Assembly (NCBI RefSeq): GCF_009914755.1
Contig: NC_060940.1
Length of the DNA: 64,000 nucleotides
Reading direction: 5' to 3' (one strand)
DNA from: the human T2T-CHM13v2.0 reference genome, Homo sapiens
The position numbers and the translations under genes were made by a program. Of the stretch, positions 49,409-64,000 are shown one piece after another. The number at the start of each line of letters is the position of its first letter. The stretch's first letter is position 1. The notes below the pieces were generated by a model. The model did no database searches. It was not told where the DNA came from and saw nothing but the letters and a program-made list of their open reading frames with translations.

Positions 49409-49917
49409 AATGTTCTTAAATGGAATGAGTTGCATTGGGAATAAATGAGTTGTCAGTCAACAAATTAAGCACATGCTGGATGAGCATCTATATGGCCTTT
49501 ACAAATATATATAGCAAATGATTCATGATTGTCCAACAATGTGTATGTAAGTTGCATGAGCTATGATCTGATGACACTCATGTCTTTGCTACAGTTCTCT
49601 TGTCAAACCCTGATTCATTGAAGATATAAATCTCCTTGAAAAAGTCCTTTGCCCATTTTTAATTGTTATCTCATTTTGTGTGTTATCTTTTTACTTTTTT
49701 CATAATATCCTTTAAAATACAAAAGTTGTGAAGTTTATAAAGTTTAATTTGTCTGTTTTTCTTTGGTTGCTTGTGCTTTTGCTGTCAAATGTAGGTAAAT
49801 CATTGCTTAATCTAAGGTCACCAAAATATACAATTATGTTTTTAAGAATTTTACAGTTTTTACTCTTATATTTAGGATTTGGGTTTTCGATTCACTTGAG
49901 TTAATTTTTATAGATGA

Positions 49918-50421
49918 TGATGCAGCACAAGCAAGCCCCGACTTTTGGGTTCAGCCCAGAAGGGTTCTTGGCTTTGCACAGGAAAGAATTCAAGGGTGAG
50001 TCAGTGCTATTAGCAATCTCTTATAGAACGGTAGGTACTGTTCTTTGTAGAGCATGCCTACCTCATAGGCAGTGGACCCAGAGTCACCAACTTATGGGCT
50101 CTTGGCAACTGTATTTATACTCCCTTACATTCACTTTCAATTACATGGATGGGTGAGTCAATGCAAATTGATGGGACAGTTTGTTTATAACTTTCTAGGA
50201 AAGGGGTGGTAACTTCTGGGTGGTTGCCATCGTACTTGTAAACTGTCCATGGCGTTGGTGGGAGTATCCCAGGCCAGTGAGCAATGAGGGCAACTAGGGA
50301 TCGCTTTCATCGCCATCTGCTGGTTCCTGCTAATTTCTTCACTTTATCCTGTTTGGGCCAGATCCTGTTTTGATCAGCAGGGCTATGACCAGAAAACAAG
50401 TCGTGCCAGTCTCTTACCTCA
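49918..50421 (-). mobile_element. MER66-like ERV1 solo LTR
   Basis: Reverse complement starts tgaggtaagagactggcacgacttgttttctggtc and ends gcttgcttgtgctgcatca. Confidence 0.78.
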
Positions 50422-53400
50422 GTATATGGTCGAGTTCTGCAATCTTTTTTTTTTTTTTTTCGCATGTTGATATCCAGTTATCCCAGCCCATTTATAGAAC
50501 AGATTATTCTTCTCTACTTGAAGTTTTGACATCTTTGTTGAAAATTAACTGATCATAAATGTATGTCTTTATTTCAGGATTCTCAATTCTATTCCATGGA
50601 TCTGTATGTCTGTCCTCATGTTGGTACAAAACAGTCTTGATTACTGTAGCTGTGTATTAAGTTTTGAAATTGGAAAGTGTGAGTCCTCTGACTTTGTTTT
50701 TCATTTTCAGTACTATTGTGACTATTCAGGGTCCCTTGCATTTCCATTTAAATTTTAAGTTCACCTTATTTTGCATAAAAGGCAACTGAGATTTTGATAG
50801 TGATTCCATTGAATCTGTAGATCATTTTTGGAAATATTTCCATCTTTAAAAGATTGTCTTCCAATCTATAAATGTGAGATGTCTTTACATTTATTTGTAT
50901 TTTTGTAAATTAATTTCAAAAATTTTTGCAGTTTTTAGTGTACTCATCTTACACTTTTTGGTTATATTTATTCCTAGGTGTGCCATTCATGTTGTGCTAG
51001 TGAAAATGGAATTGATTTCTTAAATTCATGTCCAGATTGTTTATTGCTAGTCTGTAGAAATACAACTGATTTTTATGTATTGATTTTGTATCCTTCAAAC
51101 GTTAGAAACTGAGTTTCTAATAACTCAGTTACTGCCTCTAATTTTTTATAGATTCCTTAGGATTTTCTCTCTGCAAGATCATGTCATTTGCAAATAGAGG
51201 TAGTTTCATTCTTCCTTTCAAATATTATTACCTTGTTTCTTTTTCTTTCCTAAATGCCATAACTGGATCCTGTAGTACCATGTTGAATATAATGGATGAA
51301 AGCTGACATTCTTGTCTTGTTCCTGATATTAGGAGGAAAACTTTCAGTCACTAATCACTGAGAATGAAGTTAGCATTGAGCTTTTCATAGATGTCCTTTG
51401 TCAGGCTCCTTCCTATTGCCAATAGGTTTTTCTTTTTAATTATGAAAGGGTTTGAATTTTGTCATACGTTTATTTTCTGTCTACTGGGATGGTCATGTGG
51501 TTTTCATCCTATGGTATTTGTTGGTTTTTATGTGATATACCAACCATGCATTCCTCAGAGAAATCCCACTCATTCATTGTGTTTAATCCTTCATATGTTA
51601 CTATACCTGTACTAGTATTTTGATGAGAATTTTTGCACCAGTGTTCATGAGGGAAATTGGTGTGGTGTGTGTGTGTGTGTTGGGGGGTGGGGCTCTTTGA
51701 TTTTGTTTTCAGGATAATACTGGCCTCATAGAATGAGTTGTGAAGTGTCTCTCCCTCTCTCCTCTTCTATTTTTTTGGAGGAGTCTGTAGAAGATTGTTG
51801 TTGATTCTTCTTTAAACATTTGGTAGAATTCACCAGTGAAGCCATCTGGTCCTGTGCTTTTTCTTATAGGAAGTTTTTCACTGTTAATTCAGTCTTTTTT
51901 CTTGTTATAGGTCTGTTCCAATTTTATAATTTTTTTCTGTTTCTTTTTTTGAGTCTATTGTTTCTGTCATTTTGAGGATTTGACCATTTCATTTAGGTTA
52001 TCTAATTTGTTGCTATATGATTGTTTATAGTATTCCTTTACAATACTTTTAATTTCTAAGATAAGTAAAATATAAGTAAAAATACCTCCTCTTTTATTTC
52101 TGATTTTAGTAACTTGCATCTTCTGTCTTTGTTTCTTTATCGGTCTTATAGGTTGTTAATTTGGTTTGATCTTTTCAAAGAACCTACTTTTGGTTTTGGT
52201 TATTTTCCCTACTCTTTTTCATTTACTACCACTGTAATCTTTATTTTTTCCTTTCTTCTGTTTACTTTGGCTTTAGTTTCCTCTTACTCTAGTTACTTAA
52301 GAAGGTGCAAAGTTAGGTTATTAGTTTGAAAATGTCTTATTTTTTTAAGAGAAGTTTATAGCTATAAATTTGCCTATAAGTATTGTTTTAGGTGCATTTC
52401 ATGTATTTTAATATGTTGTGTTTTCCTTCACTTATTTCCAAGTCTTTTCTAATTTACGTGGGATTTCTTCTTGACCTGTTGGCTATTGAATAGTGTATTG
52501 TTAATTTCCACATTTTTGTGAGTTTTCCATATTTCATTGTTACTGATATCTAATTTAATTGCATTATAGCCAGAACACATACTTTGTATGATTTGAATAT
52601 TTTTAAATTTATTGGACTTTGTTTTAAGGACTACCATAGGGCCTAATCTGGAGTCTGTTCTGTTGGGTGGAGTATTTTATAGATGTTAGTTCCAGTTCAT
52701 TTATAGTGTTGTTCAGATGTTGTATTTCCTTCTTGAATTTCTTTCCAGTTTTTTAATTTATTGTTTAAAGGGGGGTTGATTTTTGCAGCTGTTACGGTTG
52801 ACATGTCTCTTCTTCAAATCTGCAATTTTTCTTTATGTATATTGAGCTCTATTGTTTATTATATGTTTTTAATAGTTATATTTTCTAGATGAATTAACCT
52901 CTTATTATAAAATCACCTTTGTATCTAATAACAATGTTTTGCCTTATAGTCTATATTGTCTGATGTTAGTATAGCCACACCAGTTCTCTTACTATTGTTT
53001 GCATAGTATTTCTTTTTCCATCCTTTTAATTTTAACCTGTTTGTGTCTTTGAATACAAAGTGTATCTTTTGTAGACAGGTTATAGTTGACTCATGTTTTT
53101 TATCCATTCTTCCAGTCTCTACTTTTAATTTGAGGGCTTACTCCATTATTATGTAATGCAATTACTGATAAGACAGGACTCACATCTGCCATATTTGTGT
53201 TTCTTTTATGTACTCCTTACGTATTTTTTAGTTCCATTAAATTACTGTCTTCTTTTGTTAGGTACTTAGAGCATACCATTTAATTCATTTGTCATTTCTT
53301 TTAATATGGTTTTGAGTTTTTTTAGTGATTGCTCTGAGGTTCACAATTAACATTTAACTTATAAAAATCTAGTTGAGATAATATCAACCTAATTTCAACA

Positions 53401-53769
53401 GTATACAAGAACTTTGCTCTCATAAAGCTCATTCCCTACTCTTTCAGTGTACGGTTTTGTCACACAAATTGCATCTTTATATATTGTACGTCCATCAACA
53501 TAGACTTATAAATACTGTTTTATACAGTTATCTTTTAAATCCCTTATGAGGAAAAAATTAGTTAATAACAAAATACATTTATATTCTCTTTTCTATTTAC
53601 CTATAAAGTTACTTTTCCCGTGCTTTTAATTTCTTTCTTTGAATTCAAGTTATTCTCTAGCCTCCTTTTATTTCAGCCTTAAAGAATCTCTGTAGAATTT
53701 CTTGTAGAGAACTTCTGCTAGTGATTTTTATAGTTTTTTCTTGCCCATTTAAAATAAATGATACATCTT

Positions 53770-54330
53770 TTCATTGACAGGCTTTCCCCCCACTTCTTTT
53801 TATTACCTTGCCACTTATCTGTTCATCAACCCTGGACATTTGTCCTGTAAGGTTTTCCATGGTATGGACTTCACTTGTTATGTACTAATGCTGTGGTTTA
53901 ACGTGTTTTTTGTCCTTGCTATTTCTTTAAATACTTGGTGATGGATCTCAGGCTTCAACAGGCTCATGTTCCATTGCATTGGAAAGACGGTAGGTGGTAT
54001 TGTGTTCTTTAATCAGGAGGTACGTGATGTCTAGTTGCCTCACTCTTTGTTATATTAGCGGCAGAATGCCCAATGATTAGATTCATTAATTAGTTATTTT
54101 TGAAAAATTACAGCATTTAAATTCTGTCAGATTTTTTCTTTTTAATTTGCTGTGATGTTTTATATGAAGACACTTTTTATGGGCTACTGTTTGATTAATT
54201 ACCTAATGGTACTTCCTATAGACGAGGCAGGATAAATGCTTGATACTTTCCCTTTGTTTACCATTTTTTATGCTATGATTCAGTTTCCTGTTGTCCTCCA
54301 AAGAATATTCTTTTTCTTAAATTTGTTTGC
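53770..54330 (-). mobile_element. Old L1MC-type 3' region fragment
   Basis: ttgtcctgtaaggttttcca...atcaggaggtacgtgatgtctagttg...aggcaggataaatgcttga. Confidence 0.5.
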
Positions 54331-55072
54331 TTGATACTATGTTGTTGTTGTTATTATTTTTGGTACTCTAGAAACCAGAAATATAAAATTGGACAGAATT
54401 AGAGTCCATGCCTTTGAAACCCCTGCAACCTATATTCAGATTAAGCCACATTTTGAAGCTATTTAGGGAAAATCACATAAAAAATGAGATCTTCTCTCTG
54501 ATTGTATGAAAACTTTGACCCTCCTGTACACATCTCTGGGATTCAAAAGTACTGAACAATTCCAATAATCAACAGCATTTGTAAGCACTAGAAAGGAATG
54601 AGGTCATAGAATTTAGAATAGAGAAAGGACAGACAATAAGCCAAAAAAAATTCATTTATAAATACACAAATATCCAAATATTGTAGATGTTCTGAATGAG
54701 TAAAATGTAGTGCAATGAGTAAATCTAATGAAGAACAACTCATTGAAACAGAATGGTGATTTGAAAAAATCAGTTTTTAAATTGGGTCTGGAAGAATGAG
54801 TGGAAGCCAACCAAGCAAAGACAAGGGAAAAACCTTTCAGGCCCTGAGAGCAACACATGTGGAGGGAGCTGAGGCATGAAATATCTTGGTGTAATTTAGG
54901 CAAAGACAGGAGGCTTCCCCTGAGAATGTTCCTTAACTTGACCTGGGAACTGCCAGGTACAACTTGAGATGCAATAATAAACATTATTTTTTCCCGGTTT
55001 ACAAATTAATTTTTTTCTGCACATGAACTTACTACTAATCAGTGAGAGTAAAGAAAATAACTGATGTCAACC

Positions 55073-55213
55073 TTTTTTGTTTGTTTGTTTGTTTTCAGCG
55101 ATAGGGTCTCACTCTGTTGCCTAGGCTGGTTTTAAACTCCTGGGCTCAAGCAATCCTCCTGTCTCAGCCTCCCAAAATGTTTGGATTACAGGCGTGAGCC
55201 ACTTTGCCCAGGC
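55073..55213 (-). mobile_element. FLAM/Alu left monomer
   Basis: Single arm aactcctgggctcaagcaatcctcc with (GTTT)n tail. Confidence 0.85.
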
Positions 55214-55489
55214 AACACATTCTTTATGTTTCGTCAAGCTGCCCTACCTAATATTAGATTTGCAACAAGTTTCCAAATCTCCAAGTGCAAAAACATTTGT
55301 TTCACTATCAGAGAGTCAAAGTTTTCCTCAGATTCTGTTTCTGAAATATTTCCAGTAACTGATAAGTGTGGACAAGTTCATGCACTAAAGGCAGGGTCTC
55401 TTTTACTCCTGGAGTTTCTAGGATGGAAGAAAGAATGGTTTACTCCATTCAGTGCCTCAGATACAGTTTCACTACCCTTTCTATTGCAG

Positions 55490-58220
<2,731 letters not shown>

Positions 58221-58896
58221 AGTGGAAGAGAAAAATACACAACAAAAATGATTGTTAAGTAGAACAATTAGTGTTTAGTGTGTACAAAAAATTGAATATG
58301 GAAAGTTTCTGGATGGGGGAAGAAAAAACACAAAGTTTATTTTAATAGTACACATAAAGAAACTAAAGATTCAATACAGACATATATAAATACATATAAA
58401 TATATTTAATTAAATATACACATTTAATTAAACCAGGAATTGTAAATAATGCTGAAAGCACCAATGCAATTATTATAGCGTGAATTAATCTGAAAGATCT
58501 TTCTAAACAGAATTCTCTGGATGAGCTTTGGAATACATAAACTTTGTAATAATTCTCCTAATTGTCATGTTTCCAACACCCTTCCCTGAATTTGAAAGAA
58601 GAAAATTACTTACTTGTACTCAGGTTTGTTTTCAGTCGGTAATTTACTATGTGGGCAGTTTCATATTCTATTATCTGTCTTACTTTCTCATGATGAGACC
58701 CAAAACCTCTTTGCTTTGAGAACCTTATTACAAATTTTAAATCCCTTGAAAATAGTCAATCCCCAAAACTCCAGTTCCTCCTCTTTTCAATAATTCCTTG
58801 AGTTTTGTTGTTATCTTGAAAAGTGTGTAGGGATACTCCAGAAGATTTTATATATTATCTCACGGTCAAATGATGTACAATTATAGATATTACTAT

Positions 58897-59619
58897 TGAT
58901 AAGGGAAAGGTTCCCTTGTCCCCCTGGCAGGGCATGCGATGAGGGTGTGGCTCGCTTCTTCAGTGCCCTGCTACTCAAACCTCTAGGGTAGCATACAGAT
59001 GGGTAGGCTGTGGGGCTCCAGACCCGTGGCAGTGTATAGGGGAGGATGTTTACAGCTCCTGAAGCCTCAGTAAGCGCATGTTACAGGGTGCTCTCTTAAT
59101 TTGCGTCTATAGGCAGCTTGTGTTAACCAGCAATTAGACCCCATTTCTTATCACAAGGACAAAGGGATTTCTGTATCCCGGGGTTTCTTGCTTTGATGTA
59201 TCGGAAGAATCAGATCCATGGGCTTGGAGTGTGAGTGCAAGGTTTTACTGAGTAGAAGTAGCTTTGAGCAGATGGGGCAGCCAGAAAGGAGATGGTTTTC
59301 CCCTGGAGTCGGGCTGCTGAGCATCTCCGACTGCCCCAGCCAGCCAGTTGTGTCTTCTTTCTCCCATGTGTTCCTCACAATGTCCAGTGGCTTCTCCTCA
59401 TGAGGATCTCAGGTTTTTATAGGCCCAGGATGGGGGTGTGGCAGGCCAGGTTGGTCTTGGGAAATGCAACATTTGGGCAGGAAATGCCTGTCCTCACCTA
59501 GGTCCCTGGGGGTGGAGCCCTAGTTAAGGACCCACCCTTCTCTACCCAGCACTTCCCTTCCCCACCTTCCATATCATTTAAAGGGACCATGCTCTTTCCT
59601 TCCCGGCACTCCTGTATCA
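58897..59619 (-). mobile_element. LTR1/LTR28-group ERV1 solo LTR
   Basis: tgata...tatca termini; the reverse strand has gcccaaatgttgcatttcccaagacc and cctataaaaacc; 4-bp TSD ctat/ctaa. Confidence 0.75.
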
Positions 59620-59712
59620 CTAAGTTAATTCAAAAATGATCCGAGAATGTTTTACTTTTATGCCAATTATCTTAAAACTTTACTTCGTATTTCCACCAGC
59701 CAATTTCTTGAG

Positions 59713-59715
<3 letters not shown>

Positions 59716-59755
<40 letters not shown>
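59716..59755. repeat. (TG)n microsatellite
   Basis: Seen directly. Confidence 0.95.
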
Positions 59756-59759
<4 letters not shown>

Positions 59760-60797
59760 ACATTAAACAGAAAATCTGGTCTCATCTGTAAAGCTTGACC
59801 CAATGACACTTTTGAAATAGATAATATTTGACAGATCTTTTCTTCAAAATACAACCTCACTTGATTGCACTCTATCTTGGGTTTTAGCTTTTCTTTAGTC
59901 AGTCTCTTCCTTCAACTAGGAAACTCCATATTGATTTTTTTTCACCTCAAATGGATTCATTGGTTTCATTAAGAAGTTCTAAATTTCACCATGTATATAA
60001 CTGAAATGGATGTCTCTTCAAGACAAATGGATGTGTATTTTGCTGATTCTTTCAGTTGATTAAATGACTTTATGTTTATTACATTATTATATACAAATGA
60101 TCATTGTAAAAGGAAGCACAAAGTATAAAAATTTAGTCTTTTCTTATATTTACCCTGACCCCACTAGTCAGATGTAATAGTAACAACTTGATTTGAGTCC
60201 TTCCAGATATATAGTGCTAGAAGATAGATAAATAGAATAAATGAAAAGTCATATGAGATAATTTATTAACTTGTTTTATTCCTAACTGTCTCCCACCATG
60301 GAATTTTAATACCACATATATCTATTTATCTGTGTGTGTATTGATGCATATCTATTGTTTTATACATAAAAATAATAAGGTTCTTTTTCTCCAAGAACCA
60401 TTTTTTCTTCCTTGGGTGAGATATTGCCCCTACAGAGAACCTGCGATTTAGATTATTGTGTTATTAAAGCTCTAATTTATACAATAAGACATGTAAGTGT
60501 TTCACAATTCTGAATACGACTTAATATGAAAGAGATTTATGAAAAGGAATCCCAAATAGAAGTTTTTAATAGCTATAATATCAAATAATAAAAACGACCA
60601 CCTTTGATGTTGATTAATTTTGATATCATGGCTATTTGCTTAAATTAGCCAGTTCTTACCTAACATATTCTATTTCATAGAATAGTTATGATGTGAACAT
60701 TATAAGATCCTTGTATGATTTAACTAAATAATCCAGGTGGCTTTTGAGAGGGAGAACACTTTTTTAAAAATAACTTTTGACTTTTCTCTTTTGTCAG

Positions 60798-61331
60798 CGT
60801 GCAGAAAAGTGTGACACTAAAAGAACCAACCTGATACTACTATCCTTAGAAAAGCCTGCATACAAGGTTGGCTGTCATCTGGGAATGTAGGTGATCAAGA
60901 GTTCTCTCCACTGACATAAACTTTGTTTAAATAATAAGGATGACTCATTGTGACTAGACTATGCAAATAATGGGATGTGTGTTAAACATCTCCTTTCCTT
61001 CTGGGAGTCTGGAATTTTGGTGTATGCTAAACAGTGGGTGCCTGCAAGACCAGCCTCAAATAAAAACCCTGGGCACTGAGTCTCTAAAAAGACTCCCAGT
61101 AGGCAATATTTCACACGTGTTCTCACAACTTACTGCTGGAGGAATTATGCACGCCTTGCATGACTCTATTGGAAAAGGACTCTAGGAATCTTGCACCTGA
61201 TTCTTACCGACTTCTCCCCATAATCTTTTTTTTCCTTGTATCCTTTCCATGTAATAAACCTTGGCCATGAGTCTTGCGAGTTCTTCTAATAATCATTAAA
61301 CTGGGCGCTGGTCTTGAAGACCCTTGACACA
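60798..61331 (+). mobile_element. MER68-like ERVL solo LTR
   Basis: gtgcagaaaag...ctatccttagaaaagcctgc...aaaaaccctgggcactgagtctcta...gacaca; 5-bp TSD gt(c/t)ag. Confidence 0.8.
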
Positions 61332-61362
61332 GTTAGTCTATTTGGGATTCCTACTAGAGTAT

Positions 61363-62468
61363 CGATATGAGTTGAACTGTGTTTCCCCAAGAAGATGTGT
61401 TTAAGTCCTAGCCCCCAGTAACTGTGACTGTGACCTTATTTGGAAATTGGGTCTTTCCAGATGTGATCAAGTTAAGATAGGGTCATACTGAATTAAAGTG
61501 ATTCTTAATCTAATGTGACTGGAATCCTTATGAGAACAGAGAGAGAGACAGACACAGAGGGAAGAAGTCCACATGAAGATGGAAGCAAAAGTTGGAGATA
61601 TACTGCCATAAATCAAGAAGCACCTGGGGCAGGTAGAAGCTGGAAGAGGAAAGAAAGAATCCCCTGAGCCCTAGAGGCTGTAGAGGGAGCGTGACCCTTT
61701 GAAAACCTTGATTTGGGACTTCTAGTCTCCAGAATAGTGACAGAATAAATTATATTCTGTATATTTTATGTAATTATATTCTGTATGTTTTATATAATTA
61801 TATAATAATTACATATATATATGTTCTACAATATAATTATATGATAAGGGATTACATTCAGCCTGTTTAATATATATAATATATAATTATATGTATCATT
61901 ATATAATATAAATAATCTAGGTGGCTTTTTAATATATATAATTATATGTTATGTATTTATATATCATTATATGTTAGATAATTATAATTATATGTTAGAT
62001 AATTATATATAATTATATGTTATATATATGAAACAGGCTGAATGTAATCCCTTATATATAATATATAATATGTGTTATATAATATATATTAATATAATAT
62101 ATTGCATTACTTAATATATAATATATAACATAATCATATAACAATTATATATAGTTATATAATTATATAATTATGTTATATAATATAATTATATAATTAT
62201 ATATAATATATAATATAATTATATAATTATATATAATATATAATATAATTATATATTATAATGTTATATAACATTATAATATATAAGATAATTATATTTT
62301 ATTATATATTATATAATGTATAATTATATATAATATAATATGTTAGATATTACAATATATTAATATTATATATTATATAATACATATTATATATAATTAT
62401 ATAATTATATTGTAGAAAGTCACCCACTTTGTGATACCCTGTAACACCACTCCTTGGGAACTAGTACA
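61363..62468 (+). mobile_element. MLT1C-like MaLR LTR with an internal AT-rich expansion
   Basis: gtgaccttatttggaaa...agaagctggaagagg...agaataaat [insert] aagtcacccactttgtg...aactagtaca. Confidence 0.82.
61748..62410. repeat. About 660-bp TA-rich low-complexity tract with nested inverted repeats
   Basis: (atataatt)-type units; perfect 25-bp IR at 61844-61868 and 62031-62055. Confidence 0.93.
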
Positions 62469-63093
62469 ACTGTCAATTTAGATTTTTTTTATTAGGGAAG
62501 AAAATTACCCATTATATTTAGTTTTTTAAATATGTTCATCATATACAAAATTTTATTTTTGTTCATTTTTGTAACTATAATAAACACTTAAAAACAGAAG
62601 TTTTGTCCGATTGTTCACTATGTATCTTAAGTGACAAGAACAGTGCCTGGACTAGTAGGCATTTTGTAAATATATTTAATAAATACATAAATATATTAAA
62701 TAAATAAATACATTGAATACAGAAATACATTCAAAAGAATAAATGAATGTATATAGAGAGGAGATTTGTTACCAATATGTGAGTTAAAATCAGAGTGATA
62801 TGTCAATAATTTGTTTTAATTTTCTATTATTATTTAATTTTCTATTATGGTTTAACATTGAAAATATATTATTACTTTCCTTTGTCTTCCCTTTTGATGA
62901 TTCTGTCAATATTATTCCACAGTGTTTTCCTTTGTGAAGAAAATACAGCTGTTCTGGTTTGCATTCAATTAACATTAACCTGGTTTTCATGATAGGATAT
63001 TTGTCAAATTTCTCTTTTTCCACTTGTGCTTTTGAAATCTTGTTTCATCTCCTTATTTTTTAAACTAGTTTTGTAAAGTTTCCTAATTATAAA

Positions 63094-63120
63094 TCTCTCT
63101 GTCTCTGTCTCTCTGTCTGT

Positions 63121-63174
<54 letters not shown>

Positions 63175-63180
63175 TGTGTG
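63094..63180. repeat. (TC)n/(TG)n compound microsatellite
   Basis: Seen directly. Confidence 0.95.
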
Positions 63181-63266
63181 ATAAATCTGTTCTGGCTGCA
63201 CATTCACCTTCTACAATTCAGGCCAGCCAAAGCCCATAAATTATAGGGTAACTTGTAATAAGCAAT

Positions 63267-63611
63267 CTAGAAGCATACTGTTCAGGAGAAATATAATGTG
63301 TACCACATATATTAATTTTAAATTTTCTAGAAGGATACTAAAAAAGGAAAAAGTAGATACAATTTAATTAATCAATTTTAATAGTACAATTTAAACATAT
63401 CGAAATAGTATTAAACATATCCAAATAGTATTAATTTAGCATGTCATCAATAGAATATTATTAACAAGGCATTTTACACTTTTTTGGTACTGTCTTTGAA
63501 ATCCCATATGCATTTTGTGCATATGACAGTTCTCATTTGGACTTGCCACACTTCAAATGCTCAATAGTCATATGTAGCTTGCAGCTACCTTATTGGGCTG
63601 CACACTTCTAG
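63267..63611. mobile_element. MER33-like hAT-Charlie element
   Basis: ctaga...agaaatataatgtg...ttggacttgccacacttcaaatgctcaatagtc...gctaccttattgg...tctag. Confidence 0.78.
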
Positions 63612-64000
63612 TGACATCTTGTCATTAGCACCAGTGTATGTTAAATATATCTGATTTCATTATTATTAAAACGTCCCCTGAGTAAAGGCAGATGCTGTTT
63701 CCCAGAGTTGCTGGCAAGCTTGATGTTTGATGAGTCTAGTAATGCATAGGATCTGTTCTCAGGTTGCTTCATCAGCCATAGCCCGTCTCCTGAAAGATGG
63801 CTCCCTCTAGTGTCTCTACTTGAGTTAGTGAGTCGATTTCAGGATGATGTAAATGCCCTTTCAGCCTTTTATCTTCTCCCACTAAGGATTTACCATATGT
63901 AGGACAGGTAACCACTGAATTTCTGAAACAGCCTCATGAAATCCAGTCAGTACATTTAGCAGCTATTTTGTATGGCCAGGGGAGAATTTAAAGGCTTAGA

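Larger units (their letters stand above)
48520..53720 (-). mobile_element. Old L1MB-type element (about 5 kb with nested inserts)
   Basis: 3' end ctggcaaccactaatctactttg...; ORF2 remnants including EN-like ORFs 52449-52637 and 52925-53107. Confidence 0.82.

Overview
AT-rich primate (human/hominoid-type) nuclear DNA made up mostly of interspersed repeats. It contains about 14 Alu copies (AluJ, S, Y and one AluYd-type), about 12 L1 insertions from old L1M to L1PA2/3 age, L2/MIR relics, several ERV/MaLR LTRs (LTR22-, MER66-, MER68-, LTR1-like, MLT1/MST, ERVL), DNA-transposon relics and microsatellites. I find no host protein-coding gene; every ORF I can recognise is L1 ORF2 or Alu/LTR-derived. 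Main points: (1) a 445-bp foreign insert carrying a CpG-island-type promoter (about 34 CpG; NRF1, USF/E-box, ETS and YY1 motifs; a splice donor) splits an old MLT1 LTR at 45.1-45.6 kb, with no poly(A) and at most a 3-bp duplication. (2) A textbook twin-primed L1PA2/3 at 18.3-21.8 kb leaves a long open ORF2 fragment on the + strand. (3) Locally templated insertions recur: 65-bp and 41-bp dispersed copies 1-3.4 kb apart, several fold-back inverted micro-duplications, and a mosaic AT-rich tract. (4) L1s are strongly biased to the minus strand, which suggests the window lies inside a + strand transcription unit. Repeat subfamily names come from my recall of consensus sequences, not from a database search, and boundaries of old repeats are approximate.
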